NCBI GenBank assembly: GCA_964188305.1
Contig: OZ076889.1
Origin: Podarcis bocagei
Lineage: Eukaryota
DNA length: 64,000 nt
Direction: 5' to 3' (one strand)
The position numbers were made by a program, and so were the translations under genes. The notes beneath the pieces are model-generated. The model had not been told where the DNA came from. It saw only the letters and a program-made list of their open reading frames with translations, and did no database searches. Shown one piece after another: positions 36,975-49,350 of the stretch (position 1 is the stretch's first letter; every line of letters begins with the position of its first letter).

Positions 36975-39753
36975 CATCCGCAACTGTACTTGAGAGCAGC
37001 TTCTTCAGGGGCAGCAGGTGTCATGTGAGAAAAACAATGCAAATGCATATGTGATACCCACTGAAATGTAAGTCCTTTGCATGCTGGCTACCTCTCGGCT
37101 TCCTCGCTTGGTTGTAGGCCTTAATGGTGTTGTAGGTGGCACATTGATAGAAGGCAACAGGAAGATGAGGCTGCCAGCCAGTGTTGCTATCATTGCAGTG
37201 CTGACTTTGAACAATGGAAATGGTTACGGGAGGGGGGCAACTTGGGATGAATTGCTCCCCAACCTCAGCATCCAGTGCCCAAATAGCTATCTGCTAATCT
37301 TCCTAATGGTAGGGCTGGTCCTGTGAAGAGGAGAATGTAGGATGTATGAAAATAATACATGCTTACGTGTGCTGAGAACTTCAGTACTGTATACAGATGT
37401 GTATGTTTCAGGCAAGGGAAGCTTTGAAAAAGTAAGAATCCTTGGAAGATAGAAGGGTTAGCCTTATAAGTCTTGCCAAAATATTGCTTGATTGGATACA
37501 TTGCACATTGTTTGCATAGTAATGGGAGACAGAGCAACTAAATTATTAGGGGAATCTTTAACTTTTAAAGTTAATAAAATATTATATGCATCTTCTAATT
37601 ACATCACTAAGAGTATCCAGTAGGTGACTGTGGCACATTCCATCTGCTATTGTCACCTTCTCTGAGATACAAGGCATTAAGTCAACATGTCCAAGTCTAC
37701 AATATTTCCAAAATCAGCTGAAATTCAAGAGAAGATACATTGGCAGCATGCAACTTAAACTTCTGCACAAATGGATGTGTATATTTGTATACCCAAGAGG
37801 CAAATCTCAACTAAGGGCAAGAAAACCTTAACGTTACTTCCTTTGAAACAGAGTTCTTCCTTCGGGACTTTCTTGAACAACCAATTTCACACTGTTTCAA
37901 ATGTTACCATGTTCAATTGTGATGCTCCTGTAATTGGTGCTCTGTAATTGCTGTTCTTCCCACCTTTCAAGTCCCAAGTAATATGTTTAATGTCAATGCC
38001 GTCAGCTTTTCAGCAGAAATTGAAGTTTGGTGCCAGATTGAAACTCCAGAACAGTGTAAATTTGTGGTAATCATATTCAACAGGATTAAATGTTTGAGAA
38101 GTCTGTTTTTAGGACTTGATGAATTTAGTTGCCTAGCTAAGATAACATGGCCAGATATTTATGGTATAAGAAGCTAGAACTGGTAGAGTTACCTCTTGGG
38201 ATTGGGGAAGTTATGCTTTGTTGTTTGTTTTGTTGAAGCCAAGTATATTAATGTGAAGAATATGTTCAAAGCAATGTTCATACATAGGATTTTTTTTCAG
38301 GTTGCCTTTTCTAAAGAGTCAGTCAGTTAAAAATAAGTAAATCACTATGTTTTTATAAAGAGCATAATAATTGCTATTTTTCCACAGGGTTACTTGTTTG
38401 TCCATGGCTCTTACTAAGCCTCTGGGAGTGTAGTTAAAAGGGCAAGGTTCTCATTTGCATTTGTACCTCTGCCTTCACTTAGAATATATAGCATTCATCA
38501 TATGTACATCTTTTCACAGCCTTGAGGCATTGGCAGAACTGCCTATTTTAAGGTTAATGTTTGTTGAGAGGCCAAGGGGCTACATTCTTAGTACAAAAGC
38601 TTCATGCCAGTTTCTATTTTTGGTGATCCAGGATCTCAGTTCTTTGTGTCATTTTGTTGTAATATCAGCATAAATGTATATTAGTAGCCTATCCTTTTAT
38701 TTGAAGTTCACATCTGAATGATTAGTGCCTTTATGCTTACATATTCAGTCAATATTTGTATTTATACAGTTAGTAATGATATATTGCTAAAGGCTAGCTG
38801 TTCATTTTTTACTTTCTTGTTTTCCCCACCCATCCATCTATTATAATAGACCCTGTGGAACTTACAGTGTAGTTGAATCTATCTTTTTACTGTTGTCCTT
38901 TTCTGTTTCGGAGCCAATATTGATTTGAAATTATCATAATTAGTGAAGTAATCATTTTTAAAGTCTTGAAAGATCTGAATAAATGGTTTCTTAATACATA
39001 TTCCTCCTGCCAGTTGGCTATTTCTTATTGATTACTTTCATTTTCTGGCAGTCAGATATTTGTGAATGTGTAAGAACATTATAGCAAACATGAAATAGTG
39101 GCAGTTTTGTTTTTGTTATATATATATCTATAATTTGTGTACTGACTTTTTATATTGAGGTGCTTCACAACAAAATGCAGTTACAATAAGAAGATAATAT
39201 ATCAAATAAAACAATCCTTTTTGGTTAAAAAGCAGCAATAAGATAGAAATGCTTAAAGGCTATAGCTTTAAGAATGCCTGCAGAAACTTAACTCATTTTG
39301 AAACCCTTTTTTAAAAAGTAGGAGCAACTCTTTGGGGAGGCCAGTCCACATTGTAGGCGCCAGCCAAACTTATATTGCTGGATTAGAACAATGTGTCATC
39401 AATTTAAAGAGATTAAGCCAACACTCACATAGGGTGGGTAGAGCAGCAAGGCAATTGTGTGTCGTGAGGTATAAGGCTTCAGAGACATTTAAAGCGAAAC
39501 AAACACAAATTTTACTTAAGGTCAACAGTTTTGAAAACATGTTCCAGAAAAAACTCCTCATTTTAAAAAGTTATCCATAAGAACAAAAAATAACACTGCT
39601 ACTAAAATCAATATTGGCTCAAATCAACCCTAAACCTAACTAAGCCAATACATGCTAACTTGTCTCTCTCAATTAAGCATCTCAGTCCTTTTGCAGCCTC
39701 TCCCTAGCTTCTTTCTTCTGTAGTACTACATTTGTGCTCTAGGAACGTAAGAG

Positions 39754-39894
39754 TCATAGAATCATAAGAGTTGGAAAGGACCCTGAGGATCATCTAGTCC
39801 AACTCCCTGCAGTGCAGGAATATGCAGTTGTCCCATATGGGGATCAAACCTGCAACCTTGGCGTTATCAGCGCCATGCTCTAACCAACTGAGCT
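39754..39894 (-). mobile_element. tRNA-Ile-derived SINE with CR1 3' tail
   Basis: Reverse strand AGCTCAGTTGGTTAGAGCATGGCGCTGATAACGCCAAGGTTGCAGGTTTGATCCCC (close to vertebrate tRNA-Ile), then TTGGACTAGATGATCC..TTCCAACTCT..ATTCTATGA. Confidence 0.8.
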
Positions 39895-40052
39895 GTTTGA
39901 CTTGTCCTCCTGCATCAGACCAAAGGCTCATCTAACCTAGGGTCCTTTCTCACACTGTCCCACCAGAAACTTATGGGAAGTCGGCAAGCAGGATATGAGC
40001 ATAGCAGTACCCTTTCTACTTGTTTCTCTCCAACAACTAGTACTGAGAGGCA

Positions 40053-40423
40053 GGGGATCAGGTGGCGCTGTGCCTCATGGGCTTGCTGATCAGAAGGTCA
40101 GTGGTTTGAATTTGCACAACAGGGTGAGCTCCCATTGCTCTGCCCCAGCTCCTGCCAACCTAGCAGTTTGAAAGCATACCAGTGCAAGTAGATAAATAGG
40201 TACCGCTGCAGCTGGAAGGTAAACAGTGCTTCTTTGCACTCTGGCACTCGTCACGGTGTCCTATTGTGCCAGAAGTGGTTTAGTCATTCTGGCAACATGA
40301 CCTGGAAAGTTGTCTGTGGACAAACGCTGGCTCCCTTGGCCTAAAATGCTAGATGAGTGCAGCACCTCATAGTCGTCTTTGACTGGACTTAACCGTCCAG
40401 GGGTCCTTTACCTTTACCTTTTA
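40053..40423 (+). mobile_element. Sauria SINE (older, diverged)
   Basis: Same body as the other copies, (ACCTTT)n tail, 11-bp TSD ACTGAGAGGCA (40042-52 / 40424-34). Confidence 0.9.
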
Positions 40424-41909
40424 ACTGAGAGGCATTTCTGCCTCAGATGATATAGGTAGTACACAGCCATCATAACCATTTTATATAGTAGCCATTGATG
40501 GCTCATTCTTTCATTAATTTGTCCTTTTAAAGGCAACCAGGTTTCCTAATGAGCCCTAAGATAGAATTGGACTTTTTCAGATGTGCCACACACTGCATTG
40601 ACATTTTCATCCAGCTATCCACTGCAACTCCAAGGTCTGTTTCTTGGTCAGACACTGCCCACTTAGACTCCATAAGTTAGCACTCCCCCATCCCTAGTGA
40701 ATCGCTTTACTCTAGGATAAAGGTGACAAGACGCCTTGTTGAAGAGTTGTAACGTAATATTGTTAACTTTCCATTGTATAGATACCTTCATATAACATTT
40801 TCTATATTTTTATTTTTATTTTATATTGTGCATGTGAGTAAAAAACCCTGACCCTAAAAGGTATGGCGTACTCAAATGTGAGTGTATTATAGAAATCTAT
40901 GAAATTAAAATATATACAGTATCCTCTCTTTTTTTCTTTATCTCTAATGTGTTAATTCTTCCTTTTGTAGTATGTAGCATATCTAAGGGATATGCAAGAC
41001 AGCCTTTGTGTCAGATACCCTGCTATTATATCTTGCTTTTTCTTTATATAGCCTAGTCATCCGTAGTATATAGAAAACATTTAGTTGAATATCTAACTGC
41101 CAACTTTTTAAAGTTAGTCACTTCTGTTGAGCAGGTAATCTGTTCACTGTAGCTGTTTATTTTTACACCCGGGGCAAACACTGGGTGCAGACTATTTTTT
41201 ACTCCCTTCTTGTCTAATCTGGTTATTTTAAGGTAACAGCCTATTTCTTTCTTTCTTCACTCAACCATCTCAAATTAAAATTATGGTGGCCAAAATAAGG
41301 ATGTGGAATGTTAAAATATTCTCATAACAGAGGCTTGTTCTGATTGTCACCCTGTAGTGTTAGATTATACAAGTAGATTCCCATGTTATAGTTGTAGTAA
41401 ACACAGAGACAGAAAAAATGTCCTGTGTTTTTCTACAAACAAAGCATAATACTGCATGTTGCAGAGGCTTGATCCTTGAATTATGAAATCCAACCAGTCC
41501 TTTAAGTGGATAATATTGTAAGTGGAAGATTTGCCCTGAGGCTGATTGCTAAACATTCAAAGTTCTTTTTGTGCCAAATACAGCAGCATGGAAACTAAAG
41601 CAATCCTGCTACCTAAATCCTAGGGCTTGTGCCAGAGCAACATTTAATGTATAATATGCATTGAAGCTCTAGGATAAAAATGTGTCTTTTATAGTTAACG
41701 TATAATGGAAATTTTTAGAATGTAAAAGTGCTCATGATGGAATGGCTATTTCCTTTTTCCAATGTGATATTGTGAAATCGTTACTGTTAACTGGGTTGTC
41801 ATCATAGCCAATGGACCTGCTTCATAGCTTTATTAAATAAGAAAAAGTTGTTTCTGTTTCATTTTATTGCATTAAAAGAACAAAACATATGTGGCTGTTT
41901 GCTAATATA

Positions 41910-42374
41910 CCGTATTTTTCGCCCTATAGGACGCACCGTCCCATAAGGCGCACCTAGTTTTTTTTGGGGGGGGGAAATAAAGGGGGAAAAAATAATTTTC
42001 CCCCAGGCGCGGGGCTGGGGCGGGGGAGGCCCGAGCTTCCCCCGACCCCAGCCCCCAAACAGGCAGCTCTCTGCAAGCCGTGGGAGCCCAGCGCTGGCTC
42101 CCGCTGCTTGCGGAGAGGTCCGCAAAGCCTGGACGCGCTGATCTCAGCGCGTGCAGGCTTCGGCATGCCGGCAACTCTCCGCAAGCAGCGGGAGCGCTCC
42201 CGCTGCTTGCGGAGAGGTCCGCGAAGCCTGGAGAGCGAGAGGGGTCGGTGCGCACTGACCCCTCTCGCTCTCCAGGCTTCAGCGAAAGCCTGCATTCGCC
42301 CCATAGGACGCACACACATGTCCCCTTCATTTTTGGAGGGGAAAAAAGTGCGTCCTATAGGGCGAAAAATACGG
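41910..42374. mobile_element. Young Tc1/mariner (pogo/Tigger-like) MITE with GC-rich multi-hairpin interior
   Basis: Perfect 27-bp TIRs CCGTATTTTTCGCCCTATAGGACGCAC, TA TSD (41908-09 / 42375-76), many intact CpGs. Confidence 0.93.
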
Positions 42375-42584
42375 TATGCTGATGAGCTCAAGTGTTGCTG
42401 CTTTAATATGCTGGATGCAGGTGTTGGTTCTTGAACAGTGCATCCACACTAGATTGTGAACTTTATGTGTATGCCAGGGTTGATTATGCCTGAGACACAC
42501 AGCATGGAAACTTTTCTTTGCAAAAGGAGAATGCAAGGATACCAGGATAAACAACTAGACCAAAAATGAAAGTTCAAAGCTTTA

Positions 42585-42908
42585 CAGTGGTGCCCCGCAA
42601 GACGAATGCCTCGCAAGACGGAAAACTCGCTAGACGAAAGAGTTTTCCGTTTTGGAGGTGCTTCGCAAAACGAATCTCCTATGGGCTTGCTTCGCAAGAC
42701 GAAAATGTCTTGCGAGTTCCTGCGGGTTTTTCCCCCCTCCCCCCTTTTTCTAAGCCGCTAAGCTGCTTATCAGCTGATCCGATAAGCTGATAAACCACTA
42801 ATAGCGCTAATCCTCTAATCCGTCAATGGGCTTGCTTCGCAAGACAAAAAAACCGCTGGACGAAGAGAATCACAGAACGGATTCTTTTCGTCTTGCGAGG
42901 CACCACTG
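42585..42908. mobile_element. Tc1/mariner-type MITE (same family as 34969)
   Basis: TIRs CAGTGGTGCCCCGCAAGACGAA / TTCGTCTTGCGAGGCACCACTG, TA TSD. Confidence 0.9.
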
Positions 42909-43664
42909 TATCTCCTAATCAAGTATTAAACAGCTTAGGACTTTCTCTTCCTTGTGAAGAGAAGTCTTGGAAACACAGATTTGAGTGAAATAATTATCCT
43001 ACTAGCACAGTCACCCTAATCCTCCTGCACACACCAAGGAAGGAATACTCACACATGCAAAGGACCTGGGCTAGGGATCCTTATAACAAGCAAGAATAGG
43101 AAAAAAGGTGATGCCTGAGAGAAGGAGGTGCCTCTTTGGATTTCTGCTGTTTAAATCTTTTCTGAATTGTAATCTTTTCTTCTAATTGTAATCCTTTCCC
43201 CATTTGGTCTTCTGAGTTCTTCTAGGGCTTCTCTGCTGTTGACTTCTCCTTTGCTTCTCCACCAAACTGCCTTTTCCCTCTTGGCACTGAGACAGTACAC
43301 ATGGGGTGTTGAAGCAGTCATATTCCACAGGAGCTAGAATGACATTGAATTGCGATAGTAGCATATCTAAAATCCAAGTCTCAATTGTGTCCTCTTCACA
43401 TGCATGGGAAAACTTCCTGTTTGCGTAGGCCCAAAACTGAAACTAGCAAAAGTCCAAATTGCCTACATAAAAAATCCGACTTCACACCCATCATAGTAGC
43501 AGATGCCCAGATTGTCAACTTGATAACCTAGGCCAAACCTGCAGATTGAATACTATTCATTATACCTCAGAAGACAGCTGAAACATTTCCTTGCTGATAT
43601 GCACTATCTGGAGAAAGCGGCCCATGCCTCAGTTACATATGTCCTGCTATATATATATATATGT

Positions 43665-44230
43665 CCCAGCAAGTTCACACTCTTGTCTCAACAACATCTA
43701 CACTGGCTTGGTCATGTCCACAGAATGGAAGATGGCAGAATCTCCAAGGACATGCTCTATGGGGAGCTGGCTTCTGGCACCACGCCAATTGGCAGACAAA
43801 CTCTGAGTTACAAAGATGTCTGCAAATGTTACATGAAGGCTGGCAACATCAACCCTGCCATGTGCCTGGGGACAGTCAAGTTGTGTTGCCATACCAGAGG
43901 AGAAATGACTGCTGGGAGGAGCACAGAGAGAAGAAACGCCATGGTGCATCTGCAGCAGTACAACTAGACTCCTTCATCTGCCCCAGATGCAACATAGCTT
44001 GTCTCTCTTACATCAGTCTCAACAGCCACAGCAGGAGCTACAACAATGGGCATAGGCAGGATTTTGTTAGGGCAGGGGCAGAACCTCAGATTTGTATTCA
44101 TTTAGGGAGGAGCAGCTGTCCCTTCCTGTCCTCTCTTTGCTATGCCCACGGCTACAACCATCTAACAGCTTGACCTCACCCCCAAAGGTGCACTCCTCCA
44201 TTGTCTGCCAAGACAGATGCCAACAGACAA
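43665..44230 (+). mobile_element. RTE-clade LINE 3' remnant
   Basis: Peptides LHWLGHVHRMEDGRISKDMLYGELASG..YKDVCK and FICPRCNIACLSYISLNSHSR (C-terminal zinc finger), frameshifted. 3' UTR at 44161-44230. Confidence 0.85.
44045..44150. mobile_element. hAT-type MITE inserted in the RTE remnant
   Basis: Imperfect TIRs TGGGCATAG / CTATGCCCA, 8-bp TSD GCTACAAC (44037-44 / 44151-58). Confidence 0.75.
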
Positions 44231-46010
44231 TGGTTACATCTAGAATATTGTGACAAGCCCTACACGGGCTGCCTTGGAAAATAGGTTGGAACCCACAACT
44301 TGTACATGATACATGATTCTTGCTGCTGTTAAACATTTGGAACACAGGCAAGTTGTCTGCCTTGTTGTTTCTGAGCCGAATATAAAGTATGGTATTGACC
44401 TTTTAAAGCCCTAAGGAGTTTGGGACCAGGCCATCTGAAGGATTGGTTATGAACCTGCCTAGCCTTTAGGATTGGTGTCAGAGTTCCTGCTCATAGACCT
44501 GCCATCGATAGATTGGCAGGCACTAAAGATGGGGACATGGTCCATGTTTTATTATGTTTTAAATGGGCTTTGTAAAGAGCTGTGCTGGGATTCTATTACT
44601 TTATATCACTTATTGTTTTAATTACATTTGCTATTTATTTAAAGTGTTGTACTGGATTTTATTTTTAACAGCTGCTGTTTGCTTTTGTAATTACTGCTTG
44701 ATAAGGGCATGAATATCAACAAATGGAACCTAGTTAGTGTTCCCATGCCCTGATGAAGGTTGCCTTGGGGTAATGCAGAGGTGGGCTTTTTCACTCATAG
44801 CACCAGTATTTGGGAACTCTAGAATACAAGAGGCCTCATCAGTATTGGCTGTCTGCTGGCTTTTGAAGACACTCCTATTTACAATAGTAGTTACAGCCTA
44901 AGCTCTGTAGTCCTGAACAATTTCTTAAAATGGTGGTGGCTCAGGTATCAAACTCTCTGCTTTATCTTTCCAGTATGATAGTCAGTGAGTCATGCCAGAT
45001 TCTTCTGTTTCCTGTATCTTGGGGTATATTTTGTGTGCCCCTTAAATCATCTGACTTCCTACCTCCCATCCTTTTCATTGACTGAATTTCAGCTAATGAC
45101 CATAGATTTGGAAACTGCTTCTGTAAAAATGTTTTCTGTTACTAAGCCTGGTACACCTGTTGACTAGTTGCAAGTATTGTACCATTTTGGCACATGTGAA
45201 TATCAAAGCTGAATTGGAAAGTTTAGATTTGTACTATTTTCCACTTTGCTGTCAGCCTGCTAAGATAGCTTGCTGCCTTTGGGTATAGTGGAGGATGCTG
45301 TTCCATCAACAGTGTTGAAGTAAGGTTCAACTGGTATTCCATTTGTCTTACAGAATGTGGGGAGGGTATCTTGCCATTTACCTGAGACAGAAAATGTCTT
45401 GGCCTGGCTCCAGAACGTAGACTACTCATTGAATAAATTGTTCCAAGGCTACTTTTTCTTGTAATATGCTGATTTATCAAAGCAAAGCAACAGAATATGT
45501 TTAGTTTTTTATGGCAAACAAGTTAGAGCTTTCTCTTTAAAACTGCTTAATTTTGTTTGCTGCTGAACATGTTACTTGCCTCATTATATACTGACCTTGG
45601 TCTAGGCCACTGTATTTATGAATAAAATTAACACAGAACTTGAGAGCGCTTGTCAGTACTACAGTGCAGATTAGCATTAAAAGCAGATTTTGAAAAAAGA
45701 GATAGCTCAGCAGGTTTCAGGATTAAACCACTGTAGCAATCAGGAACTAATTGGAAATTGGGATAGGAAAAGACTAATGTTAAAAAGGAGATCTTTAACA
45801 CCTCTGAGTCAGCACTTATAGTTAATCAGGCTCATCTCCTGGCAGAATACCTTGACAAGTTACTGGCTCAGCTCCTCTTTTCTGACAGACTTTGAAGGTC
45901 TGCTAGCCACACAACTGAAGATTTGTAAACGGATAGATTCAGATTTTGAAGTAACCAGATTTTCCAAGGCATTTCATCCCTTTTAATTAACATTGATTCT
46001 GGGAGTTGCG

Positions 46011-46420
46011 TGTCGAGGTCCCCAGGTCCACCCCAATAACTCACACATCACACAGAAGTTTTTGTTTAAGATTTTTGGCATAATTTTGGCCACAACTTTA
46101 TTAAAATACACAATTAAATTAAAATGGCAACATTAACTTCTTCCCAACAACAAGGGAAGCCCCAATCGTATCAGTGGCCAACAATCAATTAGCCCGCCCC
46201 CCAACTTTGGAGTGTCCTGGCGGCCCCCACCGCAACACGTGCTCTCCATGAAGGAGAACACGCTTTGCGGAACAATGTGAAAGCAAGATATATCTTTGTC
46301 CAACTTTACTTTCATCGGCTGCTCCCAAACTTTGAAACCCCCTTCCTAGAGAGATTAGTCTGGCTTCCCTCCTTGTTGTCCTTCCATCAGCGGGTGAAGA
46401 CTTCTTGTTCCAACAGATGT
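46011..46420 (-). mobile_element. Probable LTR-element remnant
   Basis: CpG-retaining block. Reverse strand has AATAAAGTTGTGGCC ~90 nt before a terminal ...CGACA. The other end and TSD are unclear. Confidence 0.35.
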
Positions 46421-49350
46421 GTGCGAATTGACCCTTTTTAAGGAATGGGCTGGTGTTATGTTTTTATTGTAGTGTTCTGTGTGTTTTAATAGATTATGTT
46501 TAATCATTTTTTAATGATTGATTTCCCCCATGATTATAGCTGCTTCTATTTTAACTGTAAGCTGCCTTACAGTGAATAGTGGAATGTTTTATAGTTCTTC
46601 ATTTTGTATGTAATGATATTGCAGAATAAATAAGAGCTCGTCAGACAAGGTTACTTTGATTTAAAATGCACGTGAAGAGGTTTTTTTTTACGTATATTGT
46701 GTGATATCTGATTGTTAATGAGCAGTGCAATTACAAGATAATTTTTGTTCAAATTTTAATTAAAGGAAAGCAATAAAGAAACTGATAATCACCTGGTTTT
46801 AGTGGAACCAATATATGACTGTGTAAACCAGCATGTTTACTAAGCATGTATGACCCATTTGGGGCCATATAATTTATGTAAATATTCTAAAATTGATATT
46901 TTATTGCACATAAGTGTTGCATGGTGGTATGAGTTGCTAGGAGTTCAAGAATTGGAAATGGACTTTGTTATAAGGTGAGCCCAAATGGATGTTGGCACTA
47001 AATCACTGGGCCAAGTAATCCTTTTCTTGTCAGAATATTATTTTGGTAGCAGTTTCAGTAATGAGATTTCCATTAAGATGTGTTGTGTAGAAATGGTTCA
47101 AGCAGAGAAGTGACACAGAAATATTATCAGGAATGTAAATTCTTTGAAAGCTTGACTTTCTCAGGAATGTGAAAGTCCTATGCCTTTACCACAATATATG
47201 TTTTCCCTCTGTGATGGGAATTAATTAAACGTGTGTGTGTGTTTGTGTGTGTGTGTAAATCAGTTATCCAACACTTCATTCATTCTGCTGGTTAAATGCA
47301 AGCTTAAACAAAGTGTTACTGGAAGCTTTTATTTTTGAACTTTAGCAGACCTATAGGATAAGGCTGTTCAGTCATAGTACTCTGCTGGTACGGTGAAGTA
47401 AATAGAATCAAGTTAATTAATGAGACAGATTACACACGCTACTATACGAGTTCGCTCATGGCCATGCAAACAAAATTTCAGCAGTTTTCTGTTTCTAAGG
47501 TTCCATTGTCAAATAGTTTCCTGTTCACGGGTTGAATAGAAGGAATAATAAAAATATCTTACAGGATGAATTATAATCAAGGGCACTAAGAGGAATGGTA
47601 GGTTCCTCTTTTCCTTACATTTTGGGTAATGGTCAAAGTAAGTACAAATCTTCAGGCAATGTAGGAAATCTGGTACAACAAATCATTCTGATTGTAGACT
47701 GATCTAAGTCCCTTGTGCAAAGAATCTGGCCTGAGAGCATTAAACACAATTAACTGAAATAAGCCCCTTTTCTGTATTGAGCATGACAAGATCAATGTAA
47801 CCTTACTGGTTCTCATTAACCTGAATTAAATTATATCTAGAGCAAGTGTTTGACCTGTCCTGGATTAATTCAAATTAATCAAAAACACTGATTTAGGATA
47901 ATAGTGTTTTTAAGACTTTCATAGAGCCTCATCTTCTCGGCTTGGTAGTGTAGCTTTCCTTATGTCTTACATAAAGCAGGATGAGTAGATGGAAAGATGA
48001 ATCAAACTGTCTCCCTCTTTCGGTGGCTGCCCCAATTATATAAAAGCTTAGACTCATCTCTCCCAGTCTGATTAAAACATGGTTACAAACTCATAGTAAT
48101 AATAGTAACAATAATGTTAAGCATTTTAAGTTCATGTTGTCATTTTAAATTTCACATCAACTGCTCCATTTTACATATTGAGGCAGCAATCCTGGACACT
48201 CCTACTAAGAAGTAAACCACGTTGGACACAGTGGGACTTATTTCTGAAGATAGATGCATAAGATTGCATTGTTAATCATTAAACACTGTTCAAAACAGTT
48301 TGTAGTAAGGTCCAAGTACAGAAAATTTTAAAAATACGCAAATTAAAACGTTTAAAAATATCACAGTAACAAATACTTTCATGGCAATAGCTAAAGGTTT
48401 CTTTGGCAAACTGATGAGTCTGCTCATTTGATTTTGTCTCAGCATGTTAGGTAGTCGTTTTCAAGTTCAGTATCTGAGGAGTGGTTCATTCTTAGCTGCT
48501 TTGTTTTGTTTTAAAAACCTAGTAAACTTAATAGTTTAGAGTAGTTAACTTTCAAGCAAAACTCCTGCATGCCTTATTTTTCTGTCTCTTCCTCTTTCCC
48601 CAATTTTAAATGTACTGGTATGTAGGATACAAGTTAAAATGTTCCACCTCATGCAGGAATAATATTGGGTATTGGCAGATCTCCCTCTTTTTCCTGCTCT
48701 GCTGTCTTTTAGTAATATATATTTGTGACTTACTTGGATGATGGAGTGGTAATGAAGAGTATTTTTCTGCTATACTTTCCTGGGGAGAAATGATCTAACA
48801 ATGCCAAAGTGGTATTGTTGGCTGTAACACCAAACCATGGTTTAGCACTACATGAATGAACCTAGCTTTTTCTTGGGCTCATGACTTTCCATGCCACCCC
48901 TAACATGCCAGAGCATTTTGTTTCTGCATTTAGTTAACTACAGTCTCCCATGTCATCCAAATTGGGGGTTGTGGTATAACAATAAATAATCATTTAACTG
49001 TAGTTAAATGAAAGTGGCAGCTTCCAGTCTTTCCACCTTGGCCTCAAGAGGGTGGGGAAAGAGAGAGTATTCGAGGCTAGACATACTCATGTCTTCTGTA
49101 TGCTTTTTCCTGTAATGTAGTTAGTGCCTTGGCTGACTCTTCTACGTCTTCTTAATTGTCCTGATTTTGCTAAATTTAGTTCTTGGTCTTACCAACTATC
49201 CTGCTTTTGTTAACTCCAGATATAATGTGAGAATTATTTTTGCAGTCTTCTCACATCTTCTTTGAAATAAAATAGCTCTTGGGTTCCTTTTTGGTTTCAG
49301 TTTCAAATATTCACTGTGTTAACATGAAGCTAAGTGAATGTTAGGGTCAT

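Larger units (their letters stand above)
39741..40680 (-). mobile_element. Old CR1 fragment interrupted by two SINEs
   Basis: AGGAACGTAAGAG tail, then CR1 3' UTR-like sequence at 39895-40052 and 40424-40530, then degenerate ORF2-like sequence. Confidence 0.6.

Noticed and set aside
39820-39894. tRNA-Ile gene
   Set aside because: The acceptor stem is incomplete, the T-loop is mutated and the sequence is fused to a CR1 tail, so it is a SINE head.
41859-42434. Five overlapping ORFs of 88-156 aa
   Set aside because: Artefacts of the GC-rich palindromic MITE; no transposase motifs.
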